A stretch of 58,460 bases of DNA, the filler included, from Sphacelaria rigidula (Eukaryota): assembly GCA_964200075.2 (NCBI GenBank). It is 10 parts of 10 records of this genome, joined end to end, with 100 filler letters (N's around TTAATTAATTAA, not from the genome) between each part and the next. Parts side by side here need not be neighbours in the genome. Positions count along the whole stretch, not along the records: positions 35,137 to 40,892 come from CAXNAA020024694.1; positions 40,993 to 46,748 come from CAXNAA020024695.1; positions 46,849 to 52,604 come from CAXNAA020024696.1; 7 more parts are not named here. The stretch is one strand, 5' to 3'. This document shows, piece after piece, positions 37,520-48,800 of this stretch. The notes under the pieces are model-generated. The model was not told the origin of the DNA. It searched no databases and saw only the letters and a program-made list of their open reading frames with translations. Each line of letters starts with the position of its first letter. Position 1 is the first letter of the stretch. A program made the position numbers and the translations under genes.

Positions 37520-38030
37520 AGTTCGCGCTGAATTTGGTGCACTTGATCTCTGGATGAAGACCTATTCCGTGGTACACGTATACGTACTCCCTACTATTGG
37601 TGCGACATGCATACAAACATACACCCGCATGCACGGTAAGAAACAGAACTCGTCTTTGCACTACTGCACAAGACCGATTGCGGTATTTCCACTACCAGTT
37701 GGAGTACGTTTGGGGCATTGAGTGCAGGCTAAAGTTGATTTATAATCTATTATACTCCGAAGTACTCTTTTCTGCGATGTGCGCACTAAAACCGATACAC
37801 CACACACTAAACCTAATACACTTGGGGTGTCGATGATGCATGCGCAACTCAATACATGTGATCCATGGATGATGACCTCCGATACGCACTAAACTTGGTG
37901 TATTGAATCCCTGAGTGATGACCCGCCATGCACGCTAGACTTGGTGCATTTGATCAATGGAGAATGACATGATGACATGCGATGCACACTAAAAATCAGT
38001 ACACATCATCAGAGGATGATAATAACCTCG
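37520..38030. repeat. Degenerate ~40-45-bp minisatellite-like array
   Basis: Recurrent gcactaaacttggtg(c/t)a.ttga...gatgatgac units. Confidence 0.55.
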
Positions 38031-38950
38031 TTCACGTTGTGCGGATGTCTGCGCAGGCAGAAGAGATGGGCAGCGTAGTCGAAGAGGTGAAGGAGGTCGG
38101 AGCGGGGAAGCCGACAAGGAGCAAGACTCCGTTGATGAGCGGGGTAGGGACGCACGTGACAGGTCAGTGCTCTCCAGTCCTCATCGCATATGCATGGCAA
38201 TCCGTCCATTGCTTGATATGCCATCCTATAGCGTAGTGACTCCCTGGAAAATACCGTATCCCTTCCACTTCCTGGAAATGATTTCCGTCATCTCGATATC
38301 GACCCCTCTCTCCCTCATGATACTTGTCTCGATGTTTTTTATATTTTTTACGCCTTAGTCTACAATGTCGTTATGTTCGACTTTTGTTTTTGTTCTTTTT
38401 TCTTTCCTTCAGCGAATGCTTCATTTTTTTTTTCTTTCCTTGGGTACTTCTATCGTGTGAGCACGGCTGGACTCCTGGGGGGTCAGTCAAAGTGCGACAA
38501 TCAATAAAAAAATCAATCAATCACGAGTGTGATGAGGCATTGAATATGCACCCCACAAGCCCGCCCGTATCCATGGTCAGGGTCTTGTTTTCTAGCCATG
38601 CCCTCACGATCTCAACGGTGGAAAGCATGGTTGGGTATAGATAGCCACCATATCTACATATTTTGCGAGATTCGCACGCATCGGCAGCCTGATCCAACTG
38701 GCCTTGCCTGACCCGCCTGGCCGTTGTCGGACGAGAATCACCGCCGAGGCAGGGTCACCACATTCCTTCTGTATTCGGCATTCGATATTTGCACGTCAAC
38801 ATATCCACCCGCTCACGAGTGCGCCCCGGATGCAAACTAAAAGCAAGGAATGATGCCCAAAAACGCGAGGGGGAGATGTACAAGCCTCATGACCTAATGA
38901 CCACAGCGCCGCAGTGATAAGACCTTCGCATAGATCGTGCATATCCAGGG

Positions 38951-39015
38951 GGCGTACTCATTTGTTGCTTGCCTTAGTCATTTGACCATTGACCACGCAT
39001 CCCTTTCGAGACGGA
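38951..39015 (-). mobile_element. 65-bp 5'-truncated LINE 3'-end insertion with TSD
   Basis: gcatatccaggg at 38939-38950 and 39016-39027 flanks the reverse complement of tccgtctcgaaagggatgcgtggtcaatggtcaaatgactaaggcaagcaacaaatgagtacgcc. Confidence 0.92.
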
Positions 39016-39376
39016 GCATATCCAGGGTACGGACTGAAGAGGGGGGGGGGGGGTTGGGGCCGGGTGGGGGCGTCGATGCTGAACCTTCCAAGAAGTAGTA
39101 TCTTTGTGACTGTGTCAGGACGGATGAAGGTGTCGCCTGCAAGGAACTAGCAGCGAGCAAATAGCCGATTGAGCCTCAGCGACCAGGATGATGCGGGAGT
39201 AATCGTGAGCAGTCGTCCACATCCGCGTGGGTTGCCCGGATTACAGTTGCGGCAGTACTCGTGAAGCGTGGATTTTGCGACATCTATCTTCCAAATGATT
39301 CCGGTGCTCAGCTCAGCTTCGGCGCGGATTCGTGAACGATCGAGCTTCAAACGGACTTGATTTTTTCCCTACCAGG

Positions 39377-40180
39377 CTCCGGGGCTCGACATGTTTGAAG
39401 ATCCCCTCTGACGGGGCGGCAAGAATGATGGCGTTCCTTTTTGGAACAATTTCGCCATACCTCGTCTGTTTTCGCAACCGTTTTGAGCGAATAAAACGTG
39501 CCATGCCAGTGCTACAGCCGCAAAACTGTTCCGCAATGGGACGAATGAGTTTTGATGTCCGGTTCCCCCGCAGCTGCGTCGCATGGGTGACACGGCAAGA
39601 TTCCTCAGGTCCTGCGGTGTGATACCGGACGGATTCAACTTTGGAAAGCTACGTTCGATTAACGTGCAAATGTCCACCTAGTTTCGGAGTGTCTGAATGA
39701 GTCGCGCGGGATGCGCATACGCGGGGGGTAGTTCCTGATTTTAGGCCTCTTCGAGTTTCCATATCCTTGTGCTGCACAACGTTGGGTCAAAGACTGCGTT
39801 CAGGTGACGCCTCACCGTCGGCAAAGATGCATCCCCTTTACCGCCATATCGCACGCTGTAGTCCCATTTCATGTGTAAATTAGCTCTTAAGCATCCCCCC
39901 CCCCCCTCCGTATTATTAGCGTCCACTCTATCCCTTTCATGAGCATCATGCGGAAGTCCGAAAAAGCCGAAGCACTGGTCTGATGGTATAGCTGGCGGCT
40001 GCATGAAAGTGGTGTACACACACTGGCATTCCTCAACTATTCTCCACTCTCGGGAAACCCCTATACAAGCGATCGCGGCGGCACCAAGGTCGCAATAAAT
40101 GTACTTCCGCTTCATCCCTACATTTTCCCTGTTAAAGACATCAGTAGCACCGCCCACCACCCATGCGCTGTTCTCCAGGG
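39377..40180 (+). pseudogene. Possible decayed CACTA/Plavaka-type transposase C-terminal region
   Basis: Stop-riddled translation gives F*ASSSFH (39739-39762), EALV*WY (from 39969) and YIFPVKDISSTAHHP, in the order of motifs I associate with that region. Confidence 0.35.
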
Positions 40181-40992
40181 ATGCGAACGAACCTTGGCTA
40201 GGCTATTCTACTCCTGAAGCGGTGGCATCGGGGGCAGGCGGGGGCGGTCGCGATGGTACTGGTGATGGGGGTGGGACAGACTCTCAAGACGGCTTTTCCG
40301 GCAGGGGTGGGGCGAATGTGGGGAACGGCGGAAACTCTGCCGGTGACGTAGACGAGTTGGAGTTTAACATGGACGCTATCGACCTGTCCGACATGAAGGT
40401 GACCCCTGCGCTTCTTCTCCATGTGCTCTTCATGCGTTATGCCATGAGTTTCTATCTTGATTTCGGGGCGAGTTATCATAATAATGATATTAAAATGGCT
40501 ATTCCTGTTTTTTCGCACATTAGCCCGATCTCTCGAACCCGCGGTCACAGACGTACGCTCGCCTCTCCAGTACCTTCACATGAGATCCCAACATAAACAA
40601 CAATATAATAAAAAGAGAGGGATGTCAAGAGAGTAGGAGAGAAAAAAATACCCCGCCCCCCCCCGCTGGTCCGGCGAGAACCCGGCCTGCTCCGTCCCGG
40701 CTTTGTAGGCGCAGACCCTCGATGAGGTTGGCGTCGGTTGGCGATGAGGCTATATAACACATCGCTCACTACGTAAGCTAGGCAACCAGGTTACCGATTT
40801 TTTTGCGCGCTTGCACTTTTTTGCGGTAACCATAATGGTAGTCGAGCTAGATCATGTTGTGCGGCGTGGGAGAACCTCAACTCCGCACAATGNNNNNNNN
40901 NNNNNNNNNNNNNNNNNNNNNNNNNNNNNNNNNNNNTTAATTAATTAANNNNNNNNNNNNNNNNNNNNNNNNNNNNNNNNNNNNNNNNNNNN

Positions 40993-41048
40993 CCGGGGAG
41001 CGGTGGATTCTCATTTCAAAATACGTTCTCATTTTTCTGGCAACCCTG
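40993..41048 (-). mobile_element. hAT-like TIR end
   Basis: ctggcaaccctg is the reverse complement of CAGGGTTGCCAG, a typical hAT terminus. Confidence 0.55.
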
Positions 41049-41062
41049 TTTACACCCCAAAA

Positions 41063-41350
41063 TGCCTCCGGAGGGGTGGGCGGCCCTCCAGGGGGGAAAA
41101 AAGCCACCGGAGGCCTTCAATCCCTGTGGTGGAGACCAAACTCTACCGACCCGGAGGGCCGCGCACCCCTCCGGAGGAATGTGGGGATATGCGCGACCCT
41201 CCAGAGGCAAGAATATAAGCCTCCGGAGGCATTCAACCCCTCTGGAGGGAACGAAACAATATCCTCTGGAGAGCCGCGCACCCCTCCGGAGGCGTTTAAT
41301 TCCTCTGGAGGCTCGAAAAGTGTGCCCACCTGGAGGAAGTTTGGAGGTAG
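41063..41350. repeat. Array of about 13 palindromic CCTCCGGAGG-like motifs
   Basis: cctccggagg, cctctggagg and cctccagagg variants recur every ~19-30 bp. Confidence 0.85.
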
Positions 41351-41367
41351 CCGAATGGCCGCGTGTG

Positions 41368-41590
41368 ATATGAACTATAATATATGAACTATAATACTAT
41401 GAAATGTAATATAGTTCTTATAATAATATATGTATTAACTATAATATTTTTAAATTTTTAAATATGAAATATAATATATGAAATATAATATATGAAATTT
41501 GATATATGAAATTCAACATGAAATCCAATATATAAAATTTAATATATAATTTAATATAGGAAATATAACACATGATACAATATGAATATA
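41368..41590. repeat. AT-rich low-complexity tract
   Basis: atatga/ataata repeats. Confidence 0.9.
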
Positions 41591-41591
41591 A

Positions 41592-42167
41592 GGATCTCTA
41601 CAGTCTACGGCAACTGACCGCATCCGCCAACGCTTCGGCAAAAACCAGGGGGCACACGGCTGGGTGTCCCCCCCCCCCCTTACCCCCCACCTCAAAAACT
41701 CGAATTTTCGATCTTGTGGCCCACGTGTCCCGAAAAAAAAAAATCGCTGCCCTGCTGCACTAGAATTGATCTGGAGTAGTGCAGTACAGACAGTACTAGA
41801 CAGTACAACACTTTTGTCTGTACTGCCGCGTACGTGACATGGCAGTATAGATTGAAGATGACCGGTTACACGCAGTGCGAGCTGGGCCAGTAGCGATCGG
41901 GGGAGATCTACGTTTCAGGTCTTTTTACATAAACACAGGGAGCTAGTTAGATCTTTGTACCTCGCCTTGACCTCCATATCCCTTAGGTTTCCGCCGACCG
42001 TTCTTTTGGTATCCCCCCACCCTTTTGGTGCCCCCCTCCCAAAAGAAATATATCTGCAACCGTAAGCTAGGGTCAACATCTCTCATGGTATTTTCCTAGC
42101 GGTATTTTTTCCTCAAAATAATATGTTGCGAAATACGAGGGGAAATAACCAACCTGAAGAAACGGCC
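41592..42167. mobile_element. Harbinger-like MITE sequence with a GGATCTCT left end and a GGCCGTTTC-family right end
   Basis: taa|ggatctctacag... matches the reverse complement of 57927-58056. 41755-42167 matches 10908-11337 and ends gaaacggcc|tca. Confidence 0.72.
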
Positions 42168-42170
42168 TCA

Positions 42171-42580
42171 GGTCGGATGTTATGTCAAACAGATTTTTGC
42201 CCCACGTGTTGTCCCGATTTGGGACGTTTGACCCACCTTTTGACCCCCAAGCCAAGAAAACCGCCAACACACGTCTCGGACACTTTGCATCACCTCACGA
42301 AGAGGAGCCTAGTCTCCTTTTCAGATTCGCTTGGCTCTGAGGTTCGAAATTGGCCGCGGAACAAAGATTTGCGCGTAAAACTCCTTGTTCCGCGGCCAAT
42401 TTCGAACCTCGGAGCCGAGCGAATCTGAAAAGCAGACTATGGGCTCCTCTCAGTGGGGTGATGCAAAGTGTCCGAGACGTGTGTTGGCGGTTTTCTTGGC
42501 TTAGGGGTCAAAAGGTGGGTCAATCATCCGGAAAGTGAACAATCCGTGGGCCAAACATTTGTGTGCCATAACATCCGGCC
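42171..42580. mobile_element. 410-bp almost wholly palindromic MITE, flanked by TCA/TAA
   Basis: Arms pair from gg(t/c)cggatgttatg inwards to ttcgaaattggccgcggaacaa and ttgttccgcggccaatttcgaa. Confidence 0.92.
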
Positions 42581-42658
42581 TAAGGGCGTGTCTTGGCACA
42601 TTTCTTTTCGATCGAACATGTGCGGTCGATTTTTTTTTTGCCGATCTGATAGGTCCAC

Positions 42659-45600
42659 TGTCACGATGTTATGGTGCTTTAACCGAGGGGCACTCTCAAT
42701 TTGGGTACAGAAACGCGTCCAGCACGGCACCCATCACCGACCTAATCAAGGTCCGACCACCCCTCCTGATGCTGTTTGCGTGGATTTGATGAAACAACAA
42801 CTTGCAGATCTACAACAGCGCATCTCTTTTTTATCAGCCATGGCTTCTTCTGATACCAAGACCACCCCTTCTGCCGCCACGACCAACGCCGCTGCGCCGC
42901 CGACAACAACGGCTCCTGCCACTCTTCGCCGAGTGGATGACACTGACGCCGACAGTACCGGAGCTCGTTCCGCCACCCCCTCGGCACCCGTTGCAACGAC
43001 GGGACCGACATCTTCGCGCCCCAAGTTGGGGCTCGAGCGCTGCCCCGTGGGTTGCCCACAGTGGATTTTTTATTCTTTTGACCGCGACGAACAAGAACGG
43101 GCCTGGAAAGACAGCGTGCCAAGGCCACAACGTCACGGACGGCCGGGTGGGCTGCGTGATGCGGCACCGGGGCTGGCAACAGTTGAGCGGCGCGGTGCGG
43201 CACCAGGGGTGGAAACTGTTGGATGACGTGATGCGGCACTGGGGCTGGCAACAGTCGAGCGGCGTGGTGCGGCATGGGGGGTGGAAACAGTTGGGCGGCG
43301 GGATGCAGCACCGGGGCTGGCAACAGTCGAGCGGCGTGGTGCGGCCTGAGAGGTGGAAATAGTGGAGTGATAGGGTGTCGGGTTTTATTCGGAAGAAGGG
43401 GATCGAGAGACGGAGCGTCCGGATGCGACCTGACTGGGTGCATTAGGGGCGACCGCGGTGGCGGCGGCAGGGGCGGCCGTAGAGCGCAGCAAGGTATTGC
43501 AAAGAACCTGCAGGGCGGCGGCCACGGTCATATCCGGAACAACCGTCGGTGGTGGCGACAAGTCCGCATTGGATTGTGCCACAGCGGCCAAGACAGTGGA
43601 CAGAACACTGGCTGTTGATGTAGCTGGCATGGCAGCAGATGGTGAAGGGGCCGCCGACGAAGCGGCGGGGGCAGCAGTGCCGGTACGCGGAAATTCGGGC
43701 ATGGGTAACACCTGCATGCCCGAACGGGGCAGATCTGAAGCCGAAAGTTTGTGCGCCTGGGTAGCGGTGGTGGCACCCAAACGCCGTTGGGTGGTAGGTT
43801 GTACGGGCGTGGAGTGGGCGCGCACGGGTAACACCTGCGTGGCGGGGTGGGGTTGAGGTTCGGTGAAGGCGGAAACGGAAGAGAAAGCCGCGGGGTCCGC
43901 CTGTGTGGAGCCTGGAACAGCGGGTAACACCTGTGCTGCGGGTCGATGGAGGTGTGAATTCGTGGAAGGATGTGACGAGGAAGGCGCGGATTTCGCCGGA
44001 ATGGTGGGATCCGTAGCGGGTGACACCGGCGCTACGGAGTGGGGTGATGAAGCGGGGAGTCCAGGGCGTGGTTCCGGTGTGGGGCGGGCGTCGGTGACGC
44101 GGGTGGAATCAGTGAGCCCAATCACAGCATGCATGGGTAAAAAGGATAATTTGGACACGGCGCGTGTCGGTGAAGGGTGCGCCAACGTGGTGGGGCCAGA
44201 AGGAGGTGAACCCGGATATGAAGGAGAAGAATTGGAATCCTCGTCAGGGTCGGAAGTGGAACTGAAAAGCGGTGGAGTAGGTAGACCCAGAACAGACTGT
44301 TCATGTAATGCAAGTGAACGAGCTGCGGATGCGGGTGGCTTCCGCAAAGCAGAGTCGGAATCATTCCCAGTGCCAACAAAAGTGGCGACGCTTTGACCTG
44401 ACTTCGTGTAATACGGGGCGAGAGCTTGCCCGCGCCGGGTGAAGACGTAGCAGAAATGCGTTGCGACATCTTAAATGTGTGCTAGCAACAGCAACTGCAA
44501 CGTGAAAAAGAGCGTAAAGCAACAGCCAAAGCTAGAACGCAAGCCTGAGGATTTTTTTTTTTTTGTAACTTTTGTGACAAAAATATAAGGGGATAATATA
44601 ATACCGCAGTAGAAGACCACGAATCAACTTCACACTCGAAAGGGGTACCAAGACAAGAAAACAGCAGCTCGAGATGCGAGAGCGTACTGTGCCGGGGAAA
44701 ACAAGACAAGGGAGGGAATCGACAGTAATTCCAGGGGGGGGGTCTCCGTGAGAATTCCAGAAACTAGGGCAGATGCACACGAATACACCTACACCAAGAA
44801 AGCAGAACGAAAAACAGGGGAGCGAAAAAAATAGTAGAGGATGGGTCAACACGACTGCTGTATGTGTGGAAAAGAAGGGGAGTGGCAGCAAGGCTGACCA
44901 AACGGCAGCTGTGTACTGTATCGCCAGACGGAGTGAACGGGGGGAAAAAAAAGAAACCAGGAGTAGATGAACGTCGGGCGAATGACCTGGGTGACTACGG
45001 GAGGTAGAAACAGATCTACAATACGAAAGTCCAGGGGTACACAAAAATATCACAGAGTACAGCCAAAGAGAGAGAAAGCGTACGCTGCGAGAGATCAACG
45101 AACGCGATACAAGTGCCCAAAGAGAGAAAGTCCAGAGGAAGGTCACAAGAGGGATTGGCAGACGGGGTGGAAGGCAAAGGGCTGGAGGGGGAGGGGGGGC
45201 ACGTGCACAAAAGGCGACTGATGAAACGAGACGCTGCCGGGAAAAGCAAAACTGTACGAGAGTAAATGAAACAGAATCTGACAGTAGTCCAACTGAGGGA
45301 ACAAACACAAACGCAGGGAAAGCACAAGAAAAGAAGAAAGCGAGGGTACTAGCAAGGTGAAAGGTATCAAAGCTAACCAAGCAGAAACTCCGAGTCAACG
45401 CCAAATGTCACGATGTTATGGTGCTTTAACCGAGGGGCACTCTCAATTTGGGTACAGAAACGCGTCCAGCACGGCACGTCAGACTCCTTATCTGGGGCAC
45501 AACTCGTGAGGATTTCACGCACAATAGGTTGATGTCTACTTGACTCAAGGCTCTTGTTAATAGAATGCTTTTTCTTCTTGTTCAATGCTTTTTCTTCTTA

Positions 45601-45828
45601 CTCAATGCTCTTCTTCTTGCTCAATGCTCTTCCACGCTTGTGGCTCAACAATCGGACAATAGTCAGATGTTGATAGCTCCTGGGTGCTCGAAAACAGTGC
45701 CTAAGGGTGCGCTCTGAACTGCTGCTCATACCCTTTTTATAAGTATACACACTATATCTGATCCTCCGATCAGACCCATCATCCAAAATCCGAACATTGA
45801 AAACTCAATGCTGCTTGTCTTCATGACA
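42659..45828 (-). mobile_element. Internally deleted LTR retrotransposon: 423-bp 5' LTR (45406-45828), PBS, P/S/A-rich gag-like start, 72-bp 3' LTR remnant (42659-42730)
   Basis: Identical 72-bp direct repeats start tgtcacgatg. Ends are tgtcac...atgaca. TSD CCAC at 42655-42658 and 45829-45832. PBS-like TGGCGTTGACTCGGAG lies 2 nt inside the 5' LTR. Minus-strand ORFs start at ATG 44469. Confidence 0.85.
43158..43372. repeat. 36-bp tandem repeat, alternating A/B units (about 6)
   Basis: gatgcggcaccggggctggcaacagttgagcggcgc and ggtgcggcaccaggggtggaaactgttggatgacgt. The minus strand encodes PHHAARLLPAPV-like 12-mers. Confidence 0.9.
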
Positions 45829-45834
45829 CCACCG

Positions 45835-45896
45835 CATTTCTGTTACTAAAAGGCTTCAACTCAGACATTTCTGTTACTAAAAGGCTTCAACTCAGA
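45835..45896. repeat. Perfect 31-bp tandem duplication
   Basis: catttctgttactaaaaggcttcaactcaga x2. Confidence 0.95.
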
Positions 45897-48800
45897 ATAT
45901 AATTAGTGGCGCGCGGAGAAAAACTATTTGACAAGAAAAATAACCCTTTTCGATCGAAAACATGCGGGCGAAAGGCACGAAGCGGCACTTGACTCCTATC
46001 TTACAGACCACTACGACAGATAACAACTGTTCACAGGACGATGCAAACTCCATCCAACTCATTCTCAAACCGTGCAGCATACGAGTAGATCACGAGTTGT
46101 GCACAGGGATAGATACACCGCAGTAATTGGGTATACTTCGTTTATTTTTTGTTGGCGAGAACTCGGGCATCTTCTTTCATGACGGAGGTCACCGGCAGAA
46201 CTGCGTGGTACGTTGGGCAACTACTGCACGTTGTTGAAATCCTTTTCACGTCGCATTGTAAGCAGAGAAAACAGATAATCCGGGCTGTCTACTGCACGTT
46301 ACCCGCTTCTCTTTAAAATCCTACTGTGCGAAACACGCACACACGCACACACGCACACACGCACACAAGACACACTGCTGCGAAGCAGTGCAGACAGTAC
46401 AGACTGTCTGTACTATACATGGGTGACCATGTACAGTTTCACGAATTTCACCGTCTTGTTTTGATCGAAAGCTTAAAAATTCGCTTGGACCCAACTCGAG
46501 AAAAATGAGCGGTTTTCGCCTATGAAGCAATTTCACCGCCCCACTATTCTTTCGATTGGAAAAAAAGGCCAAGAGACGCAATGAGGTTTGAAAATTCGTA
46601 GTCGTTTTATGGGCTTGTGAATCCGAGACCGTGTCTTGTCGATACCCAAAAATAAGAGGGAAAAGAAACAAGCGTCCAAAAGTACAGGAACAAACAGCGG
46701 ATCATCTATGTTGAGGATGGAGATTTTCATTGAGGATGAGAACCCGGANNNNNNNNNNNNNNNNNNNNNNNNNNNNNNNNNNNNNNNNNNNNTTAATTAA
46801 TTAANNNNNNNNNNNNNNNNNNNNNNNNNNNNNNNNNNNNNNNNNNNNCAACCCCTTCGCTTCCGCTTAGGGCAGCAGTCTATACATCCCCCCAGGGTAG
46901 GTGCCCAGCACCGTGTAATATCTTCGATGCCCCCCGCCCCCCCCCCCCGGCGCGCGCGCTGTCCTTTCTGGCACGCGTGCCGAGGACGAACATACGCAGA
47001 AAATATCAACGCCCACACGAGACAGTATTTTTCCGAAAACAATCGTCTATCCCGATTGATTTCCTCGTGTTGTATCTTCCCTTCCTCCGCGTTCCGTCTC
47101 GTCTCGCCCCTCCCTTATCCCCCCTCTTGCTCATTCTCTCCCACCCCTGGTTATTTCTGGAGGGGGGGTACGCTGTAGGCCTGTGCTGTTGACGTCCCTC
47201 CTCCCCCTACTCCTCAACACACGCTCGCGACGCACGTACCCACAGCGACAATAGCTTGATTTGAACGAGCTGCTATGCCAACTTCCCCGAACCTCAACAT
47301 TCTTAGCCACTCCCGCCCTCCTCCTCGTTTACCCCCCGGCTCTTCTGTTTCACCCATAGCAGTTTGGAACGGATAGCGATACGTTACCGAACGTTTCGAG
47401 CTCTCTGCTCGATATTTCCGTGTGCATACGCCCATAGTGGACGTACACGATAGTCCCCCGACAATACCGAAGGAAATCACCACGCGAACTTCCGCTCAGG
47501 AAGAGACACCCACCGCCCCCAAATACTGAGCATCTGAACAGGGTTTGCTTGTGATGGGGAGTCTCCCAAAAAACAATTTTCTCCAATACGTCTAACGCAC
47601 TTCGAATCTCTCCGAGGTACATACATTGATATATATCCTTGTTCATTCATCTACAGCTGCTGACTCACGTAGCATCTTTTCTCATTTTCAAGCCCGATGA
47701 CCAGCATTCCTGATCTTCCCCTGAGGCCTGCTTGTTTTCATGCACAACCCCATACCGATATAGAAAATTAATCTCTAGCCCCCCCGGGCCTACTTTTTTC
47801 GCACATTCCTCACTTCGATGTTTTGTTATTGGATAGTCCCGCCTAGGCCTAGCGTCCACTATTCACTGAATCCTCGCTTCAATATCTTGTCCTAGTTTAG
47901 CTCTCCTCGGGTCTAGCGCTTTCACATTCCTTCGCTCCGTCATGTGGCCACTGTCGAGCCCCTCACCCCACCCCACTCATCCCCCCCTGGAGGTCGGTTG
48001 CTCTGTTCCGGTTGACCGGCACCACTACCGCACGGCATTTTAGGTCTTCTGGTCTCTCTCCAGCTCAATATGGAAACACCATGTATGTAGCGAACAAAGT
48101 AATGATGGATCCAGCGATCATTACCTTTGGTTCCAAAACCGAAAATGAGCGGGATGCGAGGAAGACCACATCCAAAACGCATCCCGTGCTTCCTCTTTCA
48201 GCATGCGTACAGAGGAAAAAGAAAAAGGGACAGACCTCCCGCTACCGACATACTTCGAAGTACAACAACAGTAGTTCCTCTCGCAGAAACCAAAAACAGA
48301 AACAAAACAGAGAGGGGGTCTTCTTCTCCTACTGACCGACAGCAGTGTTCCTTCCGCACAAGAAGTCAATAAACCTTGATGTCAGTGACCGACGGCATCG
48401 ACACAGACAATCATCTTCGGCAACATGACACGGACAAGGCACGACTCACCTCTCTCTCCCCTACACACACTCTCTCTCTCTCTCAACATTCTCCTTCTCA
48501 CCAGTCATAAACACGAAATGTCGTAATTTTCCTCTTGCACGATCGGGCAGGGCACGTGAATCAAGCACGTATACAGCAGTAGTATGTACGTATGTATCAC
48601 CGGCTCGAAACACTGCCAACACTCAAAACCGTGCAACCCTGCTGCCAGCGGGTACGTCCACCAAACAGCGCAAAGACAAGGATCCTGTAACCCGCCACTA
48701 CCAATATGCACATGCTGGAAAAAAAAAAGTTAAATACAAAAACGTTCAAACAAAAAGTCCTTCATACCTTCAACAAAAACGCAACCGTTCATAACCCCAG

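Larger units (their letters stand above)
42584..46581. mobile_element. Harbinger-like MITE (GGGCGTGTCTTGGCAC family, about 0.8 kb) interrupted by an LTR element
   Basis: Left end taa|gggcgtgtcttggcacatttcttttcgatcga; degenerate right end tcgattggaaaaaaaggccaagagacgcaa|tga. Confidence 0.65.

Noticed and set aside
41063..41350. CRISPR array
   Set aside because: Repeats are only ~10 bp, spacers are short and partly repeated, there are no cas genes, and the context is eukaryotic.
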